Below are positions 38,350 to 48,500 of a stretch of 64,000 nt of DNA, piece after piece. The stretch is from Sedimentisphaerales bacterium (GTDB taxonomy: Bacteria > Planctomycetota > Phycisphaerae > Sedimentisphaerales > SM23-30). The notes beneath the pieces were generated by a model. It saw nothing but the letters and a program-made list of their open reading frames with translations. It searched no databases and was not told the origin of the DNA. The position numbers and the translations under genes were made by a program. The number at the start of each line of letters is the position of its first letter. Position 1 is the first letter of the stretch. The DNA lies in the NCBI GenBank assembly GCA_963663965.2, contig CAXXFK010000010.1, positions 1 to 64,000 of the forward strand. Direction: 5' to 3'.

Positions 38350-39662
38350 CAGACCGCCTCCACGGGAGACTCATGAAGGGTCAGACGGAATTCATGCCGG
38401 TGTTCGATGGTCCTGTCTGTATTGAAAAATGAACGATAAATACGATCCAGCATATCGGACAGGCGCCCTTGATAGAGCCGTTTATCCGCCGCCATCCACG
38501 CCAGATCAATGGACAGGATATCCCCAAAATCCGATTGACGGGTCTGACCGATTTCTTCGTTCAATGTTTTCAAACCGCTTTGCATGATCTGACTGGCCAG
38601 GTAGGTATCCGTACGCGGCATAATCAAGGCAAATACATCATCCGCCATCCGTCCCAGTAAATAGGCCTTGCCTGACCGGTTTAAAATATCACCCAGTTTG
38701 CCGCCAATCAAGCCGCTGATCTGATTCCAGGTCTGCGACTGCCCGGCAAAAAGCCGGCGAAATCCGCGGATGGACAAGACGACCACGGAAAAGGGATCAT
38801 CTTTCCGAATGCATTGATCGGCCCACTCCTGTCCTCTCTCCACAAACACATCCGCGCGCAAAGTGCGACTGAATTCATCATGTTCCATTTGCCACTGACG
38901 TTCATTGATCGCCTGCAATTGTTGCCAGAACAACTGCGATATTTCAGCGGCATGATGAAAACGCGCTTTTAATTCCTTCTTTTGGGAAGCCGTCAGTGTT
39001 TCATATCCTACCCACTCAATCATGGCCAGCAGCGGCTGGCCATACTTTCGGACCAGCGGCACACTGGCCTGCCAGGCATCCGGTTCCTGATTTTCTGTCC
39101 GATACCGGCTGATATCCGGCACAATATAAGGTTTTCCTGTTTCCAAGGCGTTTATCGCGCATTCCCCTTTAAGTGGAATCTGACTTGGGGTGTGATTCGC
39201 CACCCGGGTCTCCCCGGTTCCCTGATTCATTCCGGAAACACATTCGATCAGCATTTCCCGACTGGAATCAGGACACCATAAGGATACGGAACTCCGCCCG
39301 GTCAAACGGCAATAGAGTCGTTCGGTTAACTCATTAAAAGAATGATACCGTTCAATCAAATCCTGACTGGTCAGCATTTGAACGGAATAACGGAGCAAAT
39401 CCGTCAAGTGATGGGCAAGACTGTCGGTCGGATCAACCGGATCCGCCGCGTTATTCTCTGCCTGATGGCGAATCGGTTTTACTTTCGGTTTGCTTAATGC
39501 GGCCAGATAACCCATCAACCCGGCGGCGATCGGAATCATCAGGTACAATCCGTATACGCCTAAAGGTCGATATGCCTCCGACAGGACGGTCGTCAACACC
39601 GCGGCCAGAATACCGATCACTAATATCGGCAAAACGATATTTGACAAAATCTCTTTTCTCAT
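38349..39662 (-). CDS. Membrane protein with a GAF-like region and a degenerate GGDEF domain
   Basis: Two N-terminal TM segments; HDEFSRTL...FSVVVLSIRGFRRL...LGRMADDVFALIMP (GGDEF replaced by ADDVF). Confidence 0.65.
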   Translation of the reverse strand: MRKEILSNIVLPILVIGILAAVLTTVLSEAYRPLGVYGLYLMIPIAAGLMGYLAALSKPKVKPIRHQAENNAADPVDPTDSLAHHLTDLLRYSVQMLTSQDLIERYHSFNELTERLYCRLTGRSSVSLWCPDSSREMLIECVSGMNQGTGETRVANHTPSQIPLKGECAINALETGKPYIVPDISRYRTENQEPDAWQASVPLVRKYGQPLLAMIEWVGYETLTASQKKELKARFHHAAEISQLFWQQLQAINERQWQMEHDEFSRTLRADVFVERGQEWADQCIRKDDPFSVVVLSIRGFRRLFAGQSQTWNQISGLIGGKLGDILNRSGKAYLLGRMADDVFALIMPRTDTYLASQIMQSGLKTLNEEIGQTRQSDFGDILSIDLAWMAADKRLYQGRLSDMLDRIYRSFFNTDRTIEHRHEFRLTLHESPVEAV

Positions 39663-39669
39663 TGCAATG

Positions 39670-41145
39670 TTACGTTTCGCTGGGCCCTAATACCGGGCCA
39701 ATTTTTGTCAAGGGCAATTTAACCGTCATCTCAGTTCCGTTATTCAACTGGCTGGCCACATAAATACTGCCGCCATGCGCTTGTACGATTTCCCGACAAG
39801 TCGCCAATCCCAGTCCGGTCCCGGTAATATGAACGGTTTCTTCACGTTCAATGCGATAAAATTTTTCGAATATTTTTTCCAGATATTCCGGGGCGATGCC
39901 ATAACCGGTATCCGTGGTTTTGATATAGACACAGTTTTCATCCACGTTGGTTTCGACAAATATGGTTCCGCCATCGGGGGTGTATTTGATCGCGTTACTG
40001 AAAACATTATTCAATACAACCGCTAACTTATCACGATCTGCGTACAAATTGGGAAGTTTGGGATGAAAATTCGTCTGCACGGTTATCGATTTCGATGCCG
40101 CCATTCCTTTGATATCATTCACGCATTGGCGCACCAGACGATCCAGCATGACTTCACCACGCTCTAACTGCATGGCCCCGCTTTCCATTCGGGATAAATC
40201 CAGAACGTCATTGATTAACTTGGTCAACCGAATCGTCTCCTCGTTGATCACGTTGAAAGCCTCTTTTTGTGCGGAGGCGTCCAGCACCATATCACTTAAC
40301 AGGGTCTCGGCATAAGCCCGGATGTTAGTGAGGGGTGTTCGTAATTCATGACTGACATGGGCGATGAAATCGCCTTGTGCGTTCTCAACAATTTTCTGCT
40401 GAGTGATATCGCGAATCAATATGAACATCTCCGCATTGCTTTGCTGCGCCCCCAGTTTGATGCAATAGATTCGGTAAATCGTGGTATCCAGACCCTCGCC
40501 ATGCTGTATTTCGAACTGAGTCTCCGGTTGGCCCGCCTGACGAAATTGTTCCAGGTGCTGTATCGCCTGATTATTTTCAAACAGCGATTGCATGGCGCAT
40601 CCAATCAATTCACCCGCCGTCCGGTTGATTAAACCCTCGCAGCGACGATTGGCCATGGCGACCTCCCCCTGGCTGTCTATCAATAAAACGCCATCAGGCA
40701 GCAGATCGATGATGGTGGCAAAGCGTTGGGTATCATAAACGCCATAATTTTCAATCGTCTTTCTGGCAACGCGCAAGGTCTGGATCTCCCTGTGCATGAC
40801 ATCAAAGGCGTTGACCAGCCGATTCCAGCCTAAAGACGGTTTGCCCGATCCTTCACCGGGCGGAGCGATCATAATCTGTTCGGCTATCGCCTCAAAATCC
40901 TCTCTATCCGCCAGTTCCGATAATAATTTTTGAATCGTATTTCTTTCCCCGCCTGCCGGCTGATACCGGCCCTGGAGCAGACCGGCCGTCAATGCCGTTA
41001 ATGCCGATAACAATGCCGCCGCCAACACTGCGGGAATGATTACGGACCTGGCAAACAGATCATAATAGAGGCCCAATAGCCCTGCGCATACCAGAAGCGA
41101 AAGCATGAAACTCAATCCAGACAGTAATCTACGTACTTGTGGCAT
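39670..41145 (-). CDS. Membrane PAS-domain sensor histidine kinase
   Basis: Two TM segments, PAS (LPDGVLLID...ANR), SHELRTPL, NAIKYT, DTGYGI and GTGLGL. Confidence 0.94.
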   Translation of the reverse strand: MPQVRRLLSGLSFMLSLLVCAGLLGLYYDLFARSVIIPAVLAAALLSALTALTAGLLQGRYQPAGGERNTIQKLLSELADREDFEAIAEQIMIAPPGEGSGKPSLGWNRLVNAFDVMHREIQTLRVARKTIENYGVYDTQRFATIIDLLPDGVLLIDSQGEVAMANRRCEGLINRTAGELIGCAMQSLFENNQAIQHLEQFRQAGQPETQFEIQHGEGLDTTIYRIYCIKLGAQQSNAEMFILIRDITQQKIVENAQGDFIAHVSHELRTPLTNIRAYAETLLSDMVLDASAQKEAFNVINEETIRLTKLINDVLDLSRMESGAMQLERGEVMLDRLVRQCVNDIKGMAASKSITVQTNFHPKLPNLYADRDKLAVVLNNVFSNAIKYTPDGGTIFVETNVDENCVYIKTTDTGYGIAPEYLEKIFEKFYRIEREETVHITGTGLGLATCREIVQAHGGSIYVASQLNNGTEMTVKLPLTKIGPVLGPSET

Positions 41146-41233
41146 TTCGTAATTATCGTTAGTAGTTGATGTTAAGCATATTCGCGTCCGATGGACAGAC
41201 CAGCAACAGGTTTTCTGTTCATCGGTATCCCAT

Positions 41234-41261
41234 TTATCGACTGGTTGGTTCTGATAGTTTG
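41234..41261 (-). promoter_or_regulatory. sigma28-like promoter for the kinase-GGDEF-STAS-pilus operon
   Basis: CAAA-N16-GTCGATAA on the minus strand. Confidence 0.55.
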
Positions 41262-41315
41262 GTTGCTAAAATATTTTTTTTGGTTATGCCGGACTGGCTT
41301 AACCTCATTTTTTGC

Positions 41316-41343
41316 TGAAATTCATTCGTGTTTTACCCGATAG
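41316..41343 (+). promoter_or_regulatory. sigma28-like promoter for the receiver/HD-GYP genes
   Basis: TGAA-N16-CCCGATAG. Confidence 0.5.
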
Positions 41344-41382
41344 CTTTTATATCTCTTAATCTTTTGACAGAAAGCAGATCGC

Positions 41383-41748
41383 ATGAATATTCTATTGGCT
41401 GATGACGATCCGAAAATCCATTTGATTTTAAAAATGTGGCTTAATCGCAATGGGCATAATGTGGATTGTGTTCAGGACGGCCAGGCCGCGTTGCATAAAC
41501 TGAATCATCAGACCTATGACGGCCTGATAACCGACATGAATATGCCTTTGATGAAGGGCGTCGATCTGATTAATGCCTTATCAAATTGCGCGGTTAAACC
41601 CCAATGGGTCATTCTGCTGACTTCCCGTTGCGATTTAAATGATATCAAAAACCGGATTTCTGGTATTGAAGTCAGCATTTTCAATAAACCCTTCAGTCCG
41701 GCGGCGCTCACAGAAGTCATTAACGGTTATAGCGAAGGAATTCAATAA
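41383..41748 (+). CDS. Single-domain response regulator (CheY-like)
   Basis: ILLADDD, ITDMNMP, LTS and KPF motifs. Confidence 0.92.
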   Translation: MNILLADDDPKIHLILKMWLNRNGHNVDCVQDGQAALHKLNHQTYDGLITDMNMPLMKGVDLINALSNCAVKPQWVILLTSRCDLNDIKNRISGIEVSIFNKPFSPAALTEVINGYSEGIQ

Positions 41749-43097
41749 TGGAACCATCCTTGCGTACGATATTGGATGAATTATCGGACAGAGTTCATCA
41801 TACCGCAAGTACGATCGCAAGCAAATTTCATGAGTTGCCATCTTCTTCTCAGGATCAGCCCCTGCTCGAACGATTGCCTTATGACCTGCTTGACAGTTTT
41901 AATTCCATCCTGGAATTGTTTGAACAAACTTCACAAGAAAGACAAACGCTTTCCAACGAACTTTTTCAAACCTACAATATCTTGAATACCACTTTCGATA
42001 CGACCTTGGCGGTGGCAAATTGTCAGACAGCCCGTCATGCGATCGAAACGCTTTGTGATAAAATTTCCCAATCGATCTCGACCGGCTACACACTGGTTAT
42101 CGGCCCATTATCTTCTCATTTTGATTCCCCTTTTCATCTTGTCGATCCTAATGACCAATCCGTCACGGGAATTGCCGATCTCACCCCGGATCCATCGCTG
42201 CGCGCGCCCGCGTTCAAATTTGTTCAGGATCACGCACAGGATCTTCTGGTCCTGTTTAAATCCAACCAGGATTGCCTGGTCAAAATGATCGATTATAAAG
42301 GGGATGCGGATCTGGATCATGATGGGCGCGGCAATGTGATGCTGGTTCACTTATCCGGATCGCATGACGAACTGTCCCAGTCGGCTTTGCTTTTTATCCG
42401 AAATGATTCGCAGGAACCGTTTGTGGCCGTCGAAATGAATCTGGCCAACAGCCTGTGCAGCATGTGCTCGGCGGTGATGGGAAACATCATCTTTGCCGAA
42501 AAGCTGAATCGATCGTTTGTGCAAACGATCGCCTCTCTGGTGCGCGCCATGGAGGCAAAAGATGAATATACCTGCGGACATTCAAACCGCGTTTCGGATA
42601 TCGCCTGTGAAATTGGCCGTCATATGGGATTCGATCATGACCGGATCAATCAGTTGCAATGGGCAGGCCTGCTGCATGATATTGGTAAAATCGGGATCCA
42701 TGAAGACATTCTTTGCAAACCCGGCCGCCTGACGGATGATGAATATAAAATCATCAAAACGCATCCGGATAAAAGTTATAAAGTACTGGAACCGGTTGAA
42801 GCGCTGAAAGAGATTCTGCCGGCGGTAAGACATCATCATGAACACTTTGATGGCAGCGGCTATCCGGATAAACTGGCCGGAGACAATATTCCGCTGATTG
42901 CCCGGATTATCCAGGTGGCCGATATCTGGGATGCCCTGACTTCTACCCGGTCTTATCGCAAAGCCATGCCGGCGGACAAGGCCATATCGATCCTTGAAAA
43001 GGAAGCGGGAACCACGATGGATCCCAATATTGTCAGGCAATTCATTCACATGCTGGACAACCATCCCGAATGGCTGCCGGTTGAATCACCGGATTGA
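41748..43097 (+). CDS. HD-GYP cyclic-dinucleotide phosphodiesterase
   Basis: EAKDEYTCGHSNRV, LLHDIGK, HHEHFDGSGYP and ADIWDALTSTRSYR motifs. Confidence 0.93.
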   Translation: MEPSLRTILDELSDRVHHTASTIASKFHELPSSSQDQPLLERLPYDLLDSFNSILELFEQTSQERQTLSNELFQTYNILNTTFDTTLAVANCQTARHAIETLCDKISQSISTGYTLVIGPLSSHFDSPFHLVDPNDQSVTGIADLTPDPSLRAPAFKFVQDHAQDLLVLFKSNQDCLVKMIDYKGDADLDHDGRGNVMLVHLSGSHDELSQSALLFIRNDSQEPFVAVEMNLANSLCSMCSAVMGNIIFAEKLNRSFVQTIASLVRAMEAKDEYTCGHSNRVSDIACEIGRHMGFDHDRINQLQWAGLLHDIGKIGIHEDILCKPGRLTDDEYKIIKTHPDKSYKVLEPVEALKEILPAVRHHHEHFDGSGYPDKLAGDNIPLIARIIQVADIWDALTSTRSYRKAMPADKAISILEKEAGTTMDPNIVRQFIHMLDNHPEWLPVESPD

Positions 43098-43110
43098 TCC
43101 CCCCAAAGAT

Positions 43111-44052
43111 CTAAATTGCGAAATCGGGAACATAACCTCGCGACAATACCGAACAGCGATTGCGATATTTCAATTCAGCCGGTTTGGAGGATACGGTACA
43201 GCCCGGCGGCACTGAACTGGTTAAAAAGACCCCCCCCCCAATCGTTGCCCCCTTGCCGATGATCACATTGCCCAGTATCGAAGCGTTGGAATAAACAATC
43301 ACATCATCCTCTAAAGTGGGATGCCGTTTATGACCGCGGATGATGAGCCCTTCCTCATCATGAGGAAAACTGATGGCTCCCAGCGTCACTCCCTGATACA
43401 GCTTGCAATTATCACCAATAACGGCAGTCTCACCAATGACGACCCCTGTTCCATGATCAATGAAAAATCCCTTGCCGATCTGTGCGCCAGGATGAATATC
43501 GATACCGGTACGACTGTGGGCGCTTTCAGACATCATTCTCGGCATCAGAGGTACTTTTAACTCCCATAAAAGATGGGCGAGCCGATAAATAGTCATGGCG
43601 ATTACCGACGGATAACTGAATACAATTTCATCCGTATCCTGAGCGGCCGGATCGCCTTTATAAGCGGAAATAATATCCAGTGACAACCGCTCACGAATAA
43701 GGGGTAATGCCTCCAAAACCATCAGGGTCACTTGCCGGGCATGGTTTTCATGACTTTCATCCGAGCCGGTTTTTCGACTGGCGAAACATAAATAGATTTG
43801 CTGATAGAATAAATTCGCGATGGCGCCAATCTGATTTCGTAATAACTGTCCAATTTCCTGCTTCTTGACATTGGCGCTGCCAAAAAAACCAGGATAAATT
43901 GTTTCAAAAAACAATTCAATAATTGCATTCACCTTATCCCGGGAAGGCATTTGGCAGTCTATATGCTGTAACCTGTTCAATGCCAGATAATTATCAAAAA
44001 GAGCGGCAACCAGGCTATCTATCTTGTGATTTATGTCAATGTTATTTATCAC
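43111..44052 (-). CDS. cysE: Serine O-acetyltransferase (long EpsC-type)
   Basis: GDPAA, SYP, YRLAH, TGIDIHPGA, FFIDHGTGVVIGET and KRHPT motifs. Confidence 0.93.
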   Translation of the reverse strand: MINNIDINHKIDSLVAALFDNYLALNRLQHIDCQMPSRDKVNAIIELFFETIYPGFFGSANVKKQEIGQLLRNQIGAIANLFYQQIYLCFASRKTGSDESHENHARQVTLMVLEALPLIRERLSLDIISAYKGDPAAQDTDEIVFSYPSVIAMTIYRLAHLLWELKVPLMPRMMSESAHSRTGIDIHPGAQIGKGFFIDHGTGVVIGETAVIGDNCKLYQGVTLGAISFPHDEEGLIIRGHKRHPTLEDDVIVYSNASILGNVIIGKGATIGGGVFLTSSVPPGCTVSSKPAELKYRNRCSVLSRGYVPDFAI

Positions 44053-44197
44053 GTTACTCTCTGTTTGGCATGCCCATCATACTCACATCCACAAACTTCA
44101 GGAGCTACTACACATTTAGCTTATTGTCAATCATAACAAACAATTATATGAATCGTAGATAGATATTACAAAATTTAATTTTTATCTTAATTTCCTA

Positions 44198-44226
44198 TTG
44201 ACAAAAATGTTACCCCAAGATTTAAT
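44198..44226 (+). promoter_or_regulatory. sigma70 promoter for tRNA-Glu
   Basis: TTGACA-N17-TTTAAT with an AT-rich upstream region. Confidence 0.65.
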
Positions 44227-44255
44227 AGCAATCCTTTAATTTTAATCAAAAGGAG

Positions 44256-44328
44256 GCCCCCATCGTCTAGCGGCCTAGGATACCAGGTTCTCATCCTGGC
44301 GACAGGGGTTCGAGTCCCCTTGGGGGTA
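44256..44328 (+). tRNA. tRNA-Glu(CTC)
   Basis: GCCCCCA...CCAGG-TTCTCAT-CCTGG...GGGGTTCGAGTCCCC-TTGGGGGTA. Confidence 0.96.
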
Positions 44329-44950
44329 TCCGCTGTAAGTTATTGTAATTGCAAGAGTTAGCAACATTTCGCAAAGTCTCGCAGCTATCATGACTTACAG
44401 CATTTTTTATGTTTGCCCTGATTTTTTCTTTCGCGCGGTTGCGAGCCGTTTCTCGCCTATACTGTACCAGATTCTGTGCCGCGCGTTTGAAATGTTCTTC
44501 TGTGATTTGCAGGCAATGCTTCTTAGCAATTTCTGGGCTATTGCCGATCCACTCGGTCACTACATGGATAGGGAAATCCTCTACTAATTCGGTCTCTCGA
44601 CTGGAGCGTAGGTTCTGGAATATCTTAGGCCATGGGTTTATCCCCGCCCTTCTGATTATCCAGTGAGCCTGTGTACGCAAATTCTGGCTATTGACATCAT
44701 ATATGGTTATTACTCTGCTTTCGCCTTCTTGAGCAAGCTCATAGGCTTCCTGAAGGTACGGTAATAGTTCAGGGAATAATGGCACTATTCGTGATTCTTT
44801 ACCTTCGATATGTTCGGTCTTTGGGCTTGGGACGATAAACCGCCCTTTATCCCATAGAATATTGTCCCATGTTAAGCCGTATAGCTCCGATGGTATTCTA
44901 AGGCCGCCATAGCGAGAAAGAGCAAATATCAACCGGCGATCCCAATTCAA
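44291..44950 (-). pseudogene. Tyrosine recombinase/integrase remnant (N-terminus missing, catalytic Tyr replaced by Cys)
   Basis: [29 protein letters not shown] and [15 protein letters not shown] (normally HYLQ); the frame runs into the tRNA-Glu 3' half. Confidence 0.85.
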
Positions 44951-45515
44951 ATTTCTAATGGGGGGTTATGCAAACAGGCTCACAAACCAGAATAAAACAA
45001 ATTTATTGGATCCAAACTCTTTTCAACCTCTCAAAGCCACCATACCAACCAAAACAATATCACCATAACTCATTTATTAACATGATGATATCCAACTTTT
45101 CCTAACAGTAAACCCTGCACAATTTGAAGCACAAAAATAAATTCAAATCATTCATTTAATATATCATCAAATTTTATAAAAGCATTGATTAAACTCTACA
45201 ATTCATGCTATAATGTCTCTGACGTATAATTAATCGTTTTCTAGCAAACATTTCATCTTACTGCCATCAGTCATTAGGAATTCCAAAAAACCTTAATTTG
45301 GTTTGCTACTAATGCATCCTGGTCCAGAAGCTTCTTTGATAAAGCATCGAGTTCAAACAAGCCCGGTATAATGAATCATCACGCGATCCGTTCCCCCCTT
45401 TAGTATGATTCATTAGTTCATTAAATCTTTATTGAAACCCTCGTCCAAAATCCTCCGATTTATAGTTAGTATCATCCCTGCTTAAAGTTAAAAGTTATAT
45501 TGCATTGGAGAAGAT

Positions 45516-48500
45516 ATGAACCTGAAATTCAAAAGCCTCTTTATTACTCTGATTTTAGCCCTCAGTCTCTGTGCGTCAGTCTGGTCATATTGCCCCTCAG
45601 CAGACCTGAATGGTGACTGTAATGTTGATATCGAGGACTTAGTTCAATTCAGCTGGGACTGGCTTGTCGGTTCAAACCCCCTGGCCAATCTGGATGGTCA
45701 ACCCGGGGTTAACAGCTCTGATTTTGCCATTTTAGCCGAACAATGGCAAAGTACAGGCCAACCCATTACCTTGGTTATCAACGAATTCATGGCCGATAAC
45801 TCAGATTTCTTCTTCGATAGCTATGGAGACGCTGATGACTGGATCGAACTCTACAACTATGGCGCCGAAGCCATAGACATTGGGGGTATGTATATCACGG
45901 ATGATCAGTTAAGCCTGACCCCCTATCAAATACCGGCCACGTCTCCCGAACAAACCACTATCGCCGCCGGCGGCTACCTGATCCTCTGGGCGGATAGAGA
46001 AATGAACCAGGGCCCCCTTCATGTCGATTTCAAACTCTCTGCCTCCGGTGGTGAAGATATTGTCCTGCTGGATAGCAATCGCCATCTGATTACCCGCTTC
46101 ATCGACTTTGGCCCCCAGGCAACCAACCATTCTTACGGGAGGTATCCTGATGGCGGTACCAGCTGGCAAGATTTCGTTCCGGATACGGCCTCTGCCCCGA
46201 CTCCCAATCAGAGCAACGGTGGGCGCCTGCCGGAAGATGGCATCTTAATTACTGAACTGATGTACCATCCCTATAATGACTCTCATCCACTCGTCGAAGA
46301 TATCCGCGAAGAGTATCTGGAAATCTACAATAGCAGTTTCAGCGCCGTCAACCTCGAACACTGGCGAATAACCGACGGGGTTACCTATCAATTCCCCGCC
46401 ATATCGCTTGAACCGGGTGAATATCTCGTCATTGCATCCGATCCCAATATATTCCAGCTAAAATATCCCGATGTCACGAATATGATTGGTGGCTGGGAGG
46501 GTCGCTTAAGCAATAGCGGCGAAAAAGTCGAGCTGACCAACGCTCTGGGTAAAGTTATCGATCAGGTTCGTTACGCCGATCAGGGTGAATGGGCGCAACG
46601 GATACTGGGTCCAATCGATAATTACCATCGTGGCTGGAAATGGGCCGATGAACATGACGGACTGGGTTACAGTCTGGAATTGACTAATACCACACTATCG
46701 AACGAATATGGCAGTCTCTGGCGGGCCGGTACCGAACTGCAAGGCACGCCGGGCCGCAAGAATTCCACTGACCTGAACGACCGGACAGGCGGCGCCGCAC
46801 CCGTCATTACCAGCGCCCGCCATAAGCCTTTTGTTCCGCGAGATAACGATATGGTCACGGTCACAGCCGAAGTCATCGATGAAGCCATAGAAAGTGCTAC
46901 GGTATTGCTATACTACCGGATAGACGGCCAGCCATCCTTTGACGCCATAGCCATGTCGGTCGATCCGTTAAGCGATACGTTACTTCCCGGCCATCGCCTT
47001 TATACGGCCACCTTGCCCTCTCAACCGGATAAAACCGTTGTTGAGTTTTATGTCGAAGCCGCAGATATTGAAGGAAATATCAGAACGATGCCGGCGCCCT
47101 GTAACGTAGATGGATCCATGGAACAACGGGCAAACTGTCTCTACCAGGTAGACAACAGCTATGATCCGCAAACCGCCTGGCAACCCGGTTCCCAGCCCAT
47201 CTATCGCATCATTATGACCGAAGCCGAACGCGCTGAATTAAACCAGATCGGCTTGGGCACCAACAGCACCGAAGAACAAAGCGATGCCCAGATGAACGCC
47301 ACCTTTATCAGCCTGGATGGCGTCGATATGAAAATGCGTTACAACGTGGGCGTACGCAATCGCGGCCATGGCACTCGCACCTCCCGCCCCAATAATTACC
47401 GCGTTAATTTCCGCACGGACGATCCCTGGAAAGAAGTCGTCGCCATTAATCTGAACACTCAATACACCTGGCTCCAACTCACCGGCAGCGCCCTGTTCCA
47501 GCGCTGCGGCCTGGCCACCGGCGATGCCACTGCCGTTCAGGTCCGCGTCAATGGCAATAATCTGGCCAATTCCGGCTCGCCACAATACGGCAGCTATGTC
47601 CACATCGAAGCCATTAACAGCGAATATGCCGACCATCAGTTCCCCGGCAACGGGGCCGGCAACGCTTATAAATGCCTGCGTGTCGGTACCGAAGCCGACC
47701 TTCGCTACGAAGGCCAGAATCCAGACACCTACCGCAGTCGCTATAGCAAAGAAACCAATGAATCCCAGGATGACTGGAGCGATTTGATCGAACTGACTTA
47801 TGTACTCAACATGACATCCGATGAACAGTATATCGAAGAACTGAATCGGGTTGTCAATGTCGAGCAGTGGCTCCGCTTCCTGGCGCTCAATATCATGCTG
47901 GACAACAGCGAAACCACCCTGGCAAATGGTAATGGTGATGATTACTATCTCTATCGCGGCAGCGCTGATACCCGTTTTATCCTGATCCAGCACGACCTGG
48001 ACTCTATCCTCGGCCAGGGCCAGTCCATCGGCTCGGCCACCGCCGAAATATTCCCCTTTATGTCCGGATCCGGTGATAGCGCCATTGCCGCCCTGCAGCG
48101 TATGGTCAGCCATCCGCAACTGGCCGGCCGCTATTACGGCCACTTAAAAGACTTGTGCGATACTATATTGGCCCCAGAACAATTCGACCCCTTCATGGAT
48201 AATCTGTTATCCGGTTTTGTCCCCGCCCAGACCATTAACGCCATCAAATCCTGGATGGTTACCCGGCGCGCTCATGTCCTGTCGCTGATTCCATCGGAGT
48301 TTACCGTAGAGACAAACCTGACTAAAACCGGTGATTATTATCAAACCGGCGCCGATATGGTGGCGCTGAACGGCACGGCCGATGCTATCCATACCCGCTC
48401 TATTCTGGTGAACGGCCTGCCCGCGCAATGGTCCGCGCTATCGGGTATATGGTCACTCGGAGAAGGTTCCGGCGGCGTCGAAGAGTCGATGATCATTCCG

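Noticed and set aside
38349..39662. Active diguanylate cyclase or PelD-type c-di-GMP receptor
   Set aside because: GGDEF is ADDVF, the metal-binding Asp region reads SIRGF, and no RxxD I-site is present at the expected position
1243..44052. aroKC (Tyr precursor), the aminotransferase and cysE (Cys) as a precursor-supply cluster for HydG
   Set aside because: They are far apart, in different transcription units and separated by unrelated operons; chance proximity is sufficient
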